Below, piece after piece: positions 9,331 through 18,247 of a DNA stretch of 64,000 bases (within the stretch, counting starts at the first letter, position 1; each line of letters begins with the position of its first letter). Below the pieces are notes generated by a model. That model saw only the letters and a program-made list of their open reading frames with translations, ran no database searches and was not told where the DNA came from. Location: contig DASYJD010000043.1 of the NCBI GenBank assembly GCA_035996875.1, positions 6,724 to 70,723 of the forward strand. The letters run 5' to 3'. Source of the DNA: Thermoanaerobaculia bacterium (lineage in GTDB: Bacteria; Acidobacteriota; Thermoanaerobaculia; Multivoradales; UBA5704). The position numbers and the translations under genes were made by a program.

Positions 9331-10401
9331 TCAGCAGATCCGCGGCAACGGGTCCCCCACCAGCATGTCCACCACCCGCGTCCCGCCATAGGAAGCCGTG
9401 GCGAGCACGGTTCGCCGGGGCTGCTCGCGCACCTCACCGATGATCACGGCCTCTCCACCGCCGGGGACGGCGCGCACGGCGGCCAAGGCCGCGTCGGCGA
9501 GCTCGGGGGCCACCACGGCCAAGAATTGACCCTCGTTGGCAATGTGCAGAGGATCGAGGCCCAGCAGCTCGCAGGCGCCTCGCACAGCCTCTCTCACGGG
9601 AATCTGCTCCTCCTGGAGCACGATGCCGAGACCGCTGTCCCGCGCCAGCTCGTTGAGGGAGGTGGCGACCCCGCCTCGCGTGGGGTCTCGCATCCAGCGC
9701 AGGCCGGGCGCGGCGACATCGAGGATCGCTTCCACGAAGGGATAGACCGAGCGCGTATCCGAGCTCAGATCGGCTTCGAGATCGATCTCGCCCCGCGCCA
9801 GGAGAATCGTGATGCCGTGATCGCCGATGGGGCCGGAGAGGATCACCTGATCGCCGGGGCGCACGGACCGCGCAGACAGCCGAGCCCGCGGGTCCGCACG
9901 ACCGACGCCGGCGGTGGTGATGTACAGGCCGTCCGCCTTGCCGTGCTCGACGACCTTCGTGTCGCCGCCAACGATCTGGACTCCGGCCCGCTGCGCCGCC
10001 TCGGCGATTGCCCGCAGCTCGGCTTCCAGAGTCTCGGTGGCGATTCCCTCTTCGATCACGAAAGTGAGGAGCAGGGCGAGCGGTCTGGCCGCCGAGACCG
10101 CGAGGTCGTTCACCGTGCCGTTGACCGCCAGTTCGCCGATCGAGCCGCCGGGAAAACGCAACGGACGCACCACGAAGCTGTCGGCGGTCATCGCGATGCG
10201 GGCGCCGTCCACCTCCAGATAGGCGGCATCAGCGAGGGGGGCCAGAAGCGGCCCACCGAGGAGCGGCACGATCAACCCTTCAATCAGCCGCCGGCTGGCC
10301 TTGCCCCCGGCGCCATGGGACATCTCGATGCGGGCGTCACGAAAGCGGACCCGAGGGAGAGACTGAGCGTCCCCGACGGCCTCAGCCTCGGCGGTCTTCA
10401 T
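9331..10401 (-). CDS. hypE: Hydrogenase maturation protein HypE (carbamoyl dehydratase)
   Basis: AIR-synthase-related fold. N-terminal ...IEMSHGAGGKA. C-terminal PRIC, the conserved HypE Cys tail. Start trimmed to ATG at 10401, in an ATGA overlap with the hypD stop. Confidence 0.85.
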   Translation of the reverse strand: MKTAEAEAVGDAQSLPRVRFRDARIEMSHGAGGKASRRLIEGLIVPLLGGPLLAPLADAAYLEVDGARIAMTADSFVVRPLRFPGGSIGELAVNGTVNDLAVSAARPLALLLTFVIEEGIATETLEAELRAIAEAAQRAGVQIVGGDTKVVEHGKADGLYITTAGVGRADPRARLSARSVRPGDQVILSGPIGDHGITILLARGEIDLEADLSSDTRSVYPFVEAILDVAAPGLRWMRDPTRGGVATSLNELARDSGLGIVLQEEQIPVREAVRGACELLGLDPLHIANEGQFLAVVAPELADAALAAVRAVPGGGEAVIIGEVREQPRRTVLATASYGGTRVVDMLVGDPLPRIC

Positions 10402-11528
10402 CTTTCGAGGCTCTCCGCCGCGCCGGCCATCGCCATCCGGTGCACGTAGTTGTAATAAGCGGCGCAAGCTCCCTCGGAGGAGACCATGAGCGCGCCCACC
10501 GGCCGCTCGGGGGTGCACTCGGTGCCGAAAAGCTTGCACTGCGGCGGCTTGAGGACGCCCTTGAGCACCTCACCGCACTGCGCCGCCTTGGGATCGGTCA
10601 CCCGGATGCCCGGAACGTCGAAGCGGCGCTCGGAGTCCCACTCCGCGAATTCATCGCGCAGCTTGAGTGCCGACTGCGAGATGAAGCCGAGACCGCGCCA
10701 CTCGAAGTACGGCCGCAGCTCGAACACCTCTTCCAGCACACGCAGCGCCGGCAGATTTCCCTCCCACGGCACCACCCGCGCATACTGGTTCTCGACCTCG
10801 GACCGGCCTTCCGCGAGCTGGCGCAGGATCATCACCAGCGATTGCAGGATGTCCAGCGGCTCGAACCCCGAGACCACGATCGGCTTGCCGTAATCCTGGG
10901 TGATGAACTCATAAGGGCGGCAGCCAATGACGGTCGAGACGTGGCCGGGCCCTACGAAGGCGTCCAGACGCATGTCCGGCGAGTCCAGGATGGCGCGGAT
11001 GGCAGGGATGATGGTCACGTGGTTGCAGAAGACGGAGAAGTTGTCGAGGCCGAGCTGGCGCGCCTTGAGGAGCGTCAGCGCCGTCGACGGCGCCGTCGTC
11101 TCGAAGCCAATGGCGAAGAAGACGACGTGCTTGCCGGGGTTGTTCTGCGCCAGCTTGATCGCGTCGAGCGGCGAGTAGACCATGCGGATCTCGGCGCCCC
11201 GCGCCTTGTGCTCCAGCGGGCTCCCCTTGGTGCCGGGCACCCGCATGACGTCGCCGAAAGCGGTGAAGACGACGCCCGGCAACTCGGCGAGCGTCAGGCC
11301 GTCGTCGGTGCGGCCCATCGGCAGCACGCACACCGGGCAGCCGGGGCCGTGGATGAGCTCAACGTTCTCCGGCAGCAATCCTTCCAGGCCGAAGCGGTAG
11401 ATGGCGTGGGTGTGGCCGCCGCACACCTCCATGATCCGGTAGTGGCGGCCGGGCCGCGCCAGCCGGCGGATCTCGTCGGCCGCCTGACGGATGAGCTTCG
11501 GATCGCGGAACTCGTCGACGTACTTCAT
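10398..11528 (-). CDS. hypD: Hydrogenase maturation protein HypD
   Basis: CGGHTHA, GPGCPVC and CPVC motifs. Confidence 0.9.
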   Translation of the reverse strand: MKYVDEFRDPKLIRQAADEIRRLARPGRHYRIMEVCGGHTHAIYRFGLEGLLPENVELIHGPGCPVCVLPMGRTDDGLTLAELPGVVFTAFGDVMRVPGTKGSPLEHKARGAEIRMVYSPLDAIKLAQNNPGKHVVFFAIGFETTAPSTALTLLKARQLGLDNFSVFCNHVTIIPAIRAILDSPDMRLDAFVGPGHVSTVIGCRPYEFITQDYGKPIVVSGFEPLDILQSLVMILRQLAEGRSEVENQYARVVPWEGNLPALRVLEEVFELRPYFEWRGLGFISQSALKLRDEFAEWDSERRFDVPGIRVTDPKAAQCGEVLKGVLKPPQCKLFGTECTPERPVGALMVSSEGACAAYYNYVHRMAMAGAAESLER

Positions 11529-11543
11529 GGCGCGGCGTCTCCT

Positions 11544-11825
11544 TCAGGAAGGATCCTGGCCAAACTGGTAGCCCTCGATCTCCTGCATGGCCTCGTGGTC
11601 CTCCCCCATCATCGAGAGCATACGCATTTGCTCCTCGGCGGCATCCTGGCTGATCTTGCTCATCGCGAAGCCGACGTGGATGAGCACCCAGTCCCCAAGG
11701 CCGAGCCCCTCGTCCGTCAGCAGGTCGACGTTGACCTGACGCTTGACGCCCGACACCTCGACCATCGCCAGATGCGGCGTCTCGGTCATGAATTCCACAA
11801 CTTTCCCTGGGATCGCCAGGCACAT
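11544..11825 (-). CDS. hypC: Hydrogenase maturation chaperone HypC
   Basis: N-terminal MCLAIPGKV. Confidence 0.9.
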   Translation of the reverse strand: MCLAIPGKVVEFMTETPHLAMVEVSGVKRQVNVDLLTDEGLGLGDWVLIHVGFAMSKISQDAAEEQMRMLSMMGEDHEAMQEIEGYQFGQDPS

Positions 11826-11872
11826 GGCAAAGCCTCCTCAGTCGACTCCCGGACCTTCAGGGTCCGGAACCG

Positions 11873-11986
11873 CTACATCCGCTTGATCCGCATATAGCGG
11901 GCGATATCCGGCGCCTGAATGGCGAACACCGCAACTACGAGGACGCCGACGACGATCAGCACCCAGCTCCAAACGTTCATTCTCAT
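11873..11986 (-). CDS. Tiny (37-aa) single-pass membrane protein, translationally coupled to the maturation protease
   Basis: MRMNVWSWVLIVVGVLVVAVFAIQAPDIARYMRIKRM. Perfect SD AAGGAGG 6 nt upstream. Its ATG overlaps the protease stop as ATGA. Below the track's length cutoff and not listed there. Confidence 0.45.
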   Translation of the reverse strand: MRMNVWSWVLIVVGVLVVAVFAIQAPDIARYMRIKRM

Positions 11987-12498
11987 AAACCTCCTTCTTG
12001 CAAAATTCCGGCCGGATTGCCGGCAAGATTCTCTCTCGCGAGCACGTCGAGGATCAGCCCGATGGCCTCATCCACCGCCCCTTCGACGGGCGGGCTCAAA
12101 CCCATCTCCTCCTCCGTCGAAAGCGGCTCGCAGCCAACGATGAGGACTCGCCCAGGCGTGCCGCCCAGCGAGCGCAGGAGTCCGAAGACCGCGGCGGGCG
12201 TCATATCGTGAGCGTCCGCCGGCCCGCCCGCCGGTCCCGCCAGCGTTTCCAGGTCCGGCTCGATCAGGTACACCGTTCCGGGCTCGCCGCCGCGCGGCGT
12301 GACGTCGACCAGGATCGTCAGATCCTCCGGGTGCTCGAGGAGCTCGAAGGCGAGATGGAGACCGCGAATCCCGAAGTCAGCGACCCGCACGCCCGGCGGC
12401 AGCGGCTTGGACGCCAGCCGGCGCACGACCTCGACGCCGAAGCCGTCGTCGCCGAGGAAGATGTTGCCAATGCCGGCCACCAGGACGCCGGAGCTCAC
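11983..12498 (-). CDS. [NiFe]-hydrogenase maturation endopeptidase (HyaD/HoxM family)
   Basis: GIGNIFLGDDGFG motif; 171 aa. Confidence 0.85.
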   Translation of the reverse strand: MSSGVLVAGIGNIFLGDDGFGVEVVRRLASKPLPPGVRVADFGIRGLHLAFELLEHPEDLTILVDVTPRGGEPGTVYLIEPDLETLAGPAGGPADAHDMTPAAVFGLLRSLGGTPGRVLIVGCEPLSTEEEMGLSPPVEGAVDEAIGLILDVLARENLAGNPAGILQEGGL

Positions 12499-13922
12499 GG
12501 TCTATCCTCCAGAGGTTCGATCTCGTCCGGATAGAAGTAGAAGAACCGCCCGGTCGCTTCATGGAGATCGCCCGTCGGATCATCGTCCGTGAGGGACACC
12601 GCGACGTAGCAAGCATCCTCTACGTCGCGGTAGATGCCCGTCACCCGGGCGTCGCGGCCGGCGAGGAAGAAGTCCATCGAGTCGGCCCGCCGCGAAGGCC
12701 GCAGGCGCACTCGGGTTCCCTTCCCCACGAGGACGTCGGCGATGGTCAACGTGGCCTCCTCCGGCGGCGTCTCGCCCGGCGGATTGAGGAACTCCTCCCA
12801 GCCCGCGATGGCCGGCTCCAGGCGGCCGGAGAGCAGGGGCGCGAAGGGCCCCAAATCCTCCACGACCGGCGCCGATTCGACGGCATCGACACTCCGCAGC
12901 GAGCGCACGGCGCCATGCAAACGTTCCAGGATCTCGTCCGGAATGCTGTTGGCGCGATCGACGATGCGGCGCGCCCGCGGATCGGTTCCGCGCGCCTCGC
13001 GCTTCTCCTCGTCCGTCAAGGTCATAATGCGCAGCGTCAGGATCTCGTCGATCTCGGTCGCGTCGCAGAGGTCATTGGGGCTCTCCGGCGCGATCGCCGG
13101 ATGATCGTAGAGGATGATCGGCGACGACAACACGACCTCGCCGCTCCCCTCAGGGCCGGCAAGGACGGGCCAGGTGTGCAGATTGACGCACCCGGCAACC
13201 GCCTGCGCCGCCGCCTCCGGCGGGTCGAGCAGCGAGACGAAGCGGCCATCGCGCACCGCGAGCATGGTGTGGGCGGAGACCAGGGAGCGGCGCAGGGCCT
13301 CTTCGCGCTCCATTCCTTCAGGCCCCGGCGTCAGGTTCTCGATGCGAACGCGCAAGCGGAGATAATCGTCCACTTTCTCAGCCGACAGCCGGACGACCGC
13401 CGAGATCGGCCAGCGCCGCCGGACCAGCCGGCCACAGAGCTCGGCCTCGGGGGACTCGGACGCGCGCAGCTCTTCGTCCTCGCTGCCGCCGGGAAGATCG
13501 AAGGCGATCCGGCGCTCGCTGGCGCCGTCCCGGGCCAGGTCGCGGAGATCGATCCCACCCAGCTCCAGCTCCTGCTCGATTCCCTCGTCCCAGGCGACCA
13601 GCATCTCGTCGCCGACGTTGAGGAATTCGACCGGCCGGAAGGTATCGGGTCCAGTCGCCTCCTCCACGAGGCGCTCCTGGAGCTGAAGGCAGCGGATCTT
13701 CAGCTCGATCCGAGGAGCCAACTTCTGATCGATCGGCTCGACGAGGCATTCGGTCTGCATCTCCCAGGACTCGGACCCGCCCGCTTGGGAGTAATCGCGC
13801 GGAGCGACCACGCCCCACTGGAAGCGCACCTTGTTCTTCGACGACGAGGCGCGGTAGGGATAGAGCACGTAACCCTCGTAGAGGATCGCGTCCGCCACCT
13901 TCTGCGCCAGCTCGAAGCTCAC
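12495..13922 (-). CDS. Conserved hydrogenase-associated hypothetical protein (~475 aa)
   Basis: GTG start at 13922 (VSFELAQKVADAILYEGYVLYPYR...) overlapping the upstream stop as GTGA. The R-rich N-terminal extension in track ORF 12495..14600 is rejected. Confidence 0.5.
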   Translation of the reverse strand: MSFELAQKVADAILYEGYVLYPYRASSSKNKVRFQWGVVAPRDYSQAGGSESWEMQTECLVEPIDQKLAPRIELKIRCLQLQERLVEEATGPDTFRPVEFLNVGDEMLVAWDEGIEQELELGGIDLRDLARDGASERRIAFDLPGGSEDEELRASESPEAELCGRLVRRRWPISAVVRLSAEKVDDYLRLRVRIENLTPGPEGMEREEALRRSLVSAHTMLAVRDGRFVSLLDPPEAAAQAVAGCVNLHTWPVLAGPEGSGEVVLSSPIILYDHPAIAPESPNDLCDATEIDEILTLRIMTLTDEEKREARGTDPRARRIVDRANSIPDEILERLHGAVRSLRSVDAVESAPVVEDLGPFAPLLSGRLEPAIAGWEEFLNPPGETPPEEATLTIADVLVGKGTRVRLRPSRRADSMDFFLAGRDARVTGIYRDVEDACYVAVSLTDDDPTGDLHEATGRFFYFYPDEIEPLEDRP

Positions 13923-14566
13923 GACGGCACCTCGCTGAGCGGCACGTTGGCGAGCAGCGCCGCCACCGTGTCGTCCCAAGTCGGCAACGCGCGCTCGGCC
14001 TTGAAGCGCTGCAGGGCGTCGAGGCTCTCTCGCTGCAACCGGATCCAGGTGCCATTCGGAAAGTAGTGATCCATGGTCTGACGCCAGAGGCTCACCGGCA
14101 GCCGGAAAGCCGTCTCTTTCTCCCAGGGCACGCGCTCGACCATGAAGCCGGAGGCGCCCGGGGTGAACACCGTGCCGCTGAACAGGAACAGAAGGGGAAT
14201 CTCGCCTTCGTCGAGGCCTTCGAAGTACTTGGCGGCGGCGACCTCGAAGTCGTAGGTGCAGGTCATGTGCAGGTCCACCGTGACGGCGCCCTGAAAGCTC
14301 GGAACCATGACCGTAATGATGGTCCAGTGCAGCGGTTTCAAGGTCTCGCCCCAGCGCGCGGGCTCGCCGAACATCTCGAGCAGCTTGCCCTGTTCGGCCG
14401 ACGTGTGGGAGCGCCGGTTCGGCTGGATCTGAATCTGGCAGCGCAGGGCGACGGCGTGAATACGCTCGCCGCTCGCCTCCTCGATGCGCATCTGGAAAAC
14501 GATGGTGGGCACTGCCGCGTAAGGCTCGGCGCGCGCCCCGACGACCTGAAACGTCAGGTCTGCCAT
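13919..14566 (-). CDS. Conserved hydrogenase-associated hypothetical protein (215 aa)
   Basis: MADLTFQVVGARAEPYAAVPTIVFQMRIEE... Natural amino-acid composition. Overlaps neighbours at both ends, suggesting coupling. Confidence 0.5.
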   Translation of the reverse strand: MADLTFQVVGARAEPYAAVPTIVFQMRIEEASGERIHAVALRCQIQIQPNRRSHTSAEQGKLLEMFGEPARWGETLKPLHWTIITVMVPSFQGAVTVDLHMTCTYDFEVAAAKYFEGLDEGEIPLLFLFSGTVFTPGASGFMVERVPWEKETAFRLPVSLWRQTMDHYFPNGTWIRLQRESLDALQRFKAERALPTWDDTVAALLANVPLSEVPS

Positions 14567-15246
14567 GGCTCGCTCGCCGGGCTCGCGGTCGCCCCGGCAT
14601 TCAGCGCTGGCGGCTCGCCGCTCTTCTCGCGCACTCCGGCGAAGAAGGCGTCAATCTCGTTCCACGCCTCCTCGCCGCCCTGGAAACCTTTCCAACGCAG
14701 GCGGATGCGGCCCACCAACTCGTAACAGGCGTCGATCGGCACGACGTAGCACTCGAAGCCATCGGATCGTTTATAGACCAGTAGAGCCTCGACGTCCGCC
14801 TCGATACTCGCGAGGAGCGGGTTGGTCACGGTCAGCTCCTCCCAAATGCCGAGCGGCAGGAGCGACTCGGTGGCGCCGGCCGGGCTGGGATAGAAGGCCG
14901 CGCTGTGGCCGAGCGTGCTGTTGTGGAAGAAAAACGCAATGCTGACCGGAATCTGGAGGCTCTCCCACTGCGCCTCGGTGAGCACGAGGTCGCGGGCGAA
15001 GACGTAACGCTCGGGAATCGTGCGGTACTTGCCGCCCGCCGCACCGGCACGGGTGAATAGAAGGCCACAGGGACGGCAGGCGCAAACCAGGCTCCGGGTC
15101 TCAAGATTGACCATGTGACGGTGCTCGGGAGGAATGAGCGCGCCGCAAAGCTCGCAACGCTCCTCCACCGGGCGCGTACGGGGACGGGAGTTCAGCAGGC
15201 CCTTCAGCTTGCCGATCGCTTCGTCGCTACTGGGAACGCCTGCCAC
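14554..15246 (-). CDS. Hydrogenase-associated Cys-cluster protein (CxxC...CxCxxC)
   Basis: GTG start at 15246 just downstream of the NifU-like gene. CELCGALIPPEHRH...LVCACRPCGLLF. The N-terminal part of track ORF 14554..15525 overlaps the upstream gene and is rejected. Confidence 0.45.
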   Translation of the reverse strand: MAGVPSSDEAIGKLKGLLNSRPRTRPVEERCELCGALIPPEHRHMVNLETRSLVCACRPCGLLFTRAGAAGGKYRTIPERYVFARDLVLTEAQWESLQIPVSIAFFFHNSTLGHSAAFYPSPAGATESLLPLGIWEELTVTNPLLASIEADVEALLVYKRSDGFECYVVPIDACYELVGRIRLRWKGFQGGEEAWNEIDAFFAGVREKSGEPPALNAGATASPASEPWQT

Positions 15247-15257
15247 TCGATCGTTCC

Positions 15258-16187
15258 TCAAGGAGCCGCGGGAGATAAAGACAGCGAGGACGGTGAGGGA
15301 GGCGGCGACACCGACGCCACGCCCGGAATGGCGATCTTGAGCGTTCCCCTCTCGTCGAGCAAGGGCAGGGGCTGGAGCGGCGGCGATTGATTGTCGGCGG
15401 CGCTTCCCGCCCGCCGCACGTCGTAGCGTCGCGCGCAGGCGGCACAGCTCAGGAGACCGTCGTGCAGGGCGCCTGTGGCGAGCGGCGCGCCGCAGGCCGG
15501 GCAGGTATCCCGATAGGCGTACCAATCGTCCCCCGGCTTGCAGACGATCACCCGCACGCCCGAGACATCGACCACGGCGAGACCGCCGGGGCCGATCTCC
15601 GGCATCTCTACTGGAATCCAGCGGCTGCCGTTGATTCCCTTGCTCTTGCCGATCTGAATCGGTGCCGAGGGATCGACCGGGGTTGCTTCTTGAGTCTCAC
15701 CTTCGACTGCGATGCGAAGGATTTCCGGCGCCGCCTCCTCGATCGCTTTTTCGATCGCCAGCTTCATGGTGACGGTCGAAGAGGGGCAGCCCTGGCAGCT
15801 CCCTTCCAGGCGCAGCAGCACCACGCCCTCTTCGACGCTGAGCAGCTTGACGTCGCCACCGTGCGAGCCGAGGTAGGGACGGACGTGATCCAAAGCCCGT
15901 GCGACCCGGGTCTCCAGGTCGAGCGGGTGAAGGTCGTGAAGGATCATCAGGCTCGCGACGAGATCATCCGCCGCAAGACTGGCGAAGATGGGCCCGGCCG
16001 CCGCCTGACCGGCGTCGTCGACGACGGTCAGGATGCGGTCGAGCCCGGCACCGTAGAGCTGCATCAACAGGCGGACCAGCTCTTCGGCTTTGCCCTGGAC
16101 TGCCGGGCTGGCGGCGGCGAGCTCGCCCATGAGGACCTCGATGCGGTCGCCAACCACACGCAGCTCGTCCTGAGGCTTGCCGGTCAT
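15258..16187 (-). CDS. NifU/Nfu-like Fe-S scaffold-domain protein with C-terminal Cys-rich (Zn-ribbon-like) domain
   Basis: GSCQGCPSSTVTMKLAIEKAI (Nfu C-domain). C-terminal CKPGDDWYAYRDTCPACG...LSCAAC. Immediately downstream of the large subunit. Confidence 0.6.
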   Translation of the reverse strand: MTGKPQDELRVVGDRIEVLMGELAAASPAVQGKAEELVRLLMQLYGAGLDRILTVVDDAGQAAAGPIFASLAADDLVASLMILHDLHPLDLETRVARALDHVRPYLGSHGGDVKLLSVEEGVVLLRLEGSCQGCPSSTVTMKLAIEKAIEEAAPEILRIAVEGETQEATPVDPSAPIQIGKSKGINGSRWIPVEMPEIGPGGLAVVDVSGVRVIVCKPGDDWYAYRDTCPACGAPLATGALHDGLLSCAACARRYDVRRAGSAADNQSPPLQPLPLLDERGTLKIAIPGVASVSPPPSPSSLSLSPAAP

Positions 16188-17972
16188 CTACGTACCCGGG
16201 GCCAACATGTTGAGCGTCGCCGGCGAATGCCGCTGCTCGACCACCCGGCCGTTGGGCAGGGTCATGTGGACGCCGCAGGGCAGGCACGGATCGAAGCTGC
16301 GCACCGTGCGCATGATGTCGATGCCCTTGAACTTGTCGCCGCGGTTCTCCTCGAAGATTGGGCACCCGGTGACCGCGTCCTCGTAGGGTCCCGGCGTGCC
16401 GTAGACATCGCGCGGATTGGCGTTCCAGGGCGTCGGCGGGTACGGATGGTAGTTGGCGATCTTGCCGTCGCGGATCACCATGTGGTGCGACAGCACGCCG
16501 CGCACCGCTTCGGTGAAGCCGCAGCCGATGGCGTCCTGGGGCACCTTGAAGGGCTCCCAGGTCTTGGTGTGGCCGGCCCGCACTTCCTTGAGCGCCTGCT
16601 CCATGAAGTGCAGGGCGGCGCAGGCCGCGTAGGCCTGGAAGTAGGTGCGCGCGCGGTTGCGCTCGATGGTGTTGCTCCACTTCGGCACTTTCCACTCGAA
16701 GGTGACCGCCGGCTTCAGCACGGTTTTCGGCAGATTGAAGACGACGCTGTTGCCGGTCGCCTTGACATAGCCGATGTCCACCAGGCCGGCGAGCGCGGTG
16801 GCCCACAGGCGCGCCAGCGGACCGCCGCCGGTGTCGAGCGCGAGATGATCCTTGCCGTCGTACCAGCGCGGCGACATCACCCAACTGTAGTTGGCGTCGA
16901 AGTCGCGCTTCTGCGGCTTGGGGATCGTGTGTTGATTCCAGGGATGATGCTCGTCCACGGGATTGCCCAGCGGATCGTTCTTGACGAAGATCTCGTGCCC
17001 CTTCCAGTCCTCGTAATACGAGCTGCCGAGAAGGATGCGGATGCCGAGGTTGATCTTCACCAGGTCGTGAGTGACCAGCTTGCCGTCGACCACGACGCCC
17101 GGGGTGACGAACATCTTGTTGCCCCAGTTCGTCATGTCCTTGTAGTCGAAGTTGCAGACCTCGGGGTCCTGGAAGCTGCCCCAGCAGCCGAGCAGAATGC
17201 GGCGGTTCCCCACCTGCTCGTAGCCGGGCATCGCCTCGTAGAAGAAGTCGAAAAGGTCGTCGTGCATGGGAACGACCCGCTTCATGAACTCGACGTAGCG
17301 CATCAGGCGTGTGAGGTAGTCGGTGAAGAGCTGGATGGTCGCAACGGCACCGACGCCGCCCGGATAGAGAGTCGACGGATGGACGTGCCGGCCTTCCATC
17401 AGGCAGAACATCTCGCGCGTCATGCGGCTCATCTGCAGCGCTTCGCGGTAGAACTCGCCCTCGAACGGGTTGAGCGACTTCATGATGTCGCCGATGGTGC
17501 GGTAGCCGTGGTCGCGGGCGTGCGGCGCCTCGGTGGCCTCGGCCTTGTCCCACACGCCCGGGTTGGTCTCGCGCACCATCTTTTCGCAGAAGTCCACGCC
17601 GACCAGGTTTTCCTGGAAGATGTTGTGGTCGAACATGTACTCGGCGGCCTCGCCGAGGTTGACCATCCACTCGCCGAGGTGCGGCGGCTGGACGCCGTAG
17701 GCCATCTGCTGTGCGTAGCAGGAGCAGGTGCAGTGGTTGTCGCCGCAGATGCCGCAGATGCGGCTGGTGATGAAGTGGGCGTCGCGGGGATCCTTGCCCT
17801 TCATGAAGATGCTGTAACCGCGGAAGATCGAGGAGGTGCTGTGGCACTCCGCGACCTTCTTCTGGCCGAAGTCGATCTTCGTATAGATCCCCAGGCTACC
17901 GACAATTCTTGTGATCGGATCCCAATGCATCTCGACAAGGTTCGGGTTGGTCCCCTGGGTCGCGGTCGGCAT
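16188..17972 (-). CDS. hhyL: [NiFe]-hydrogenase large subunit, group 1h/5 (high-affinity type)
   Basis: N-terminal TSRICGICGDNH and C-terminal DPCLPCGVH Ni-Fe ligand motifs. 594 aa. SD AAAGGGGAG upstream. Confidence 0.9.
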   Translation of the reverse strand: MPTATQGTNPNLVEMHWDPITRIVGSLGIYTKIDFGQKKVAECHSTSSIFRGYSIFMKGKDPRDAHFITSRICGICGDNHCTCSCYAQQMAYGVQPPHLGEWMVNLGEAAEYMFDHNIFQENLVGVDFCEKMVRETNPGVWDKAEATEAPHARDHGYRTIGDIMKSLNPFEGEFYREALQMSRMTREMFCLMEGRHVHPSTLYPGGVGAVATIQLFTDYLTRLMRYVEFMKRVVPMHDDLFDFFYEAMPGYEQVGNRRILLGCWGSFQDPEVCNFDYKDMTNWGNKMFVTPGVVVDGKLVTHDLVKINLGIRILLGSSYYEDWKGHEIFVKNDPLGNPVDEHHPWNQHTIPKPQKRDFDANYSWVMSPRWYDGKDHLALDTGGGPLARLWATALAGLVDIGYVKATGNSVVFNLPKTVLKPAVTFEWKVPKWSNTIERNRARTYFQAYAACAALHFMEQALKEVRAGHTKTWEPFKVPQDAIGCGFTEAVRGVLSHHMVIRDGKIANYHPYPPTPWNANPRDVYGTPGPYEDAVTGCPIFEENRGDKFKGIDIMRTVRSFDPCLPCGVHMTLPNGRVVEQRHSPATLNMLAPGT

Positions 17973-18009
17973 CTTCGGCTCCCCTTTCCTGAATATGGTT
18001 TCGCCAGTC

Positions 18010-18228
18010 TCAGCTTATGGTTTTCTTGGGATCAACTCCGGTCTGGTCCCGCAGGGTGGACTTGCCCGCGGGACGACCGGAGCTCCCCTTCTCTTCCACG
18101 TCGTACCGGCCGGGCTCCTTGCCCTCCTTCTTCACCAGATCCTCACCCCTGTGGGTGGTGCTCTTGCCGACGTTCTGCGGGCCACCCTTTTCGTGACGGG
18201 TGACGCTGTCATGTGAGTCCTGAGCCAT
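18010..18228 (-). CDS. Small hydrophilic KGG-repeat (YciG-like) stress protein, between small and large subunit genes
   Basis: 72 aa, rich in K/G/E: HEKGGPQNVGKSTTHRGED...EEKGSSGRPAGKST. Strong SD AAGGAGA 6 nt before ATG. Confidence 0.5.
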   Translation of the reverse strand: MAQDSHDSVTRHEKGGPQNVGKSTTHRGEDLVKKEGKEPGRYDVEEKGSSGRPAGKSTLRDQTGVDPKKTIS

Positions 18229-18247
18229 GATGATCTCCTTGTGAGTA

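Noticed and set aside
12495-14600. 701-aa ORF from the track
   Set aside because: The N-terminal ~225 aa are Arg/Gly-rich and lie in an alternate frame entirely overlapping the 215-aa gene 13919-14566. A GTG at 13922 forms a GTGA coupled start. The ORF was trimmed to 12495-13922.
15387-18203. 938-aa + strand ORF and other long R/A/G-rich ORFs (e.g. 15964..17847, 18290..19603, 20090..21871, 5221..5895, 322..744)
   Set aside because: They lie opposite or out of frame with well-supported genes (hhyL, hhyS, GGDEF, SIS) and have low-complexity Arg/Ala/Gly/Pro composition typical of spurious ORFs in ~68% GC DNA.
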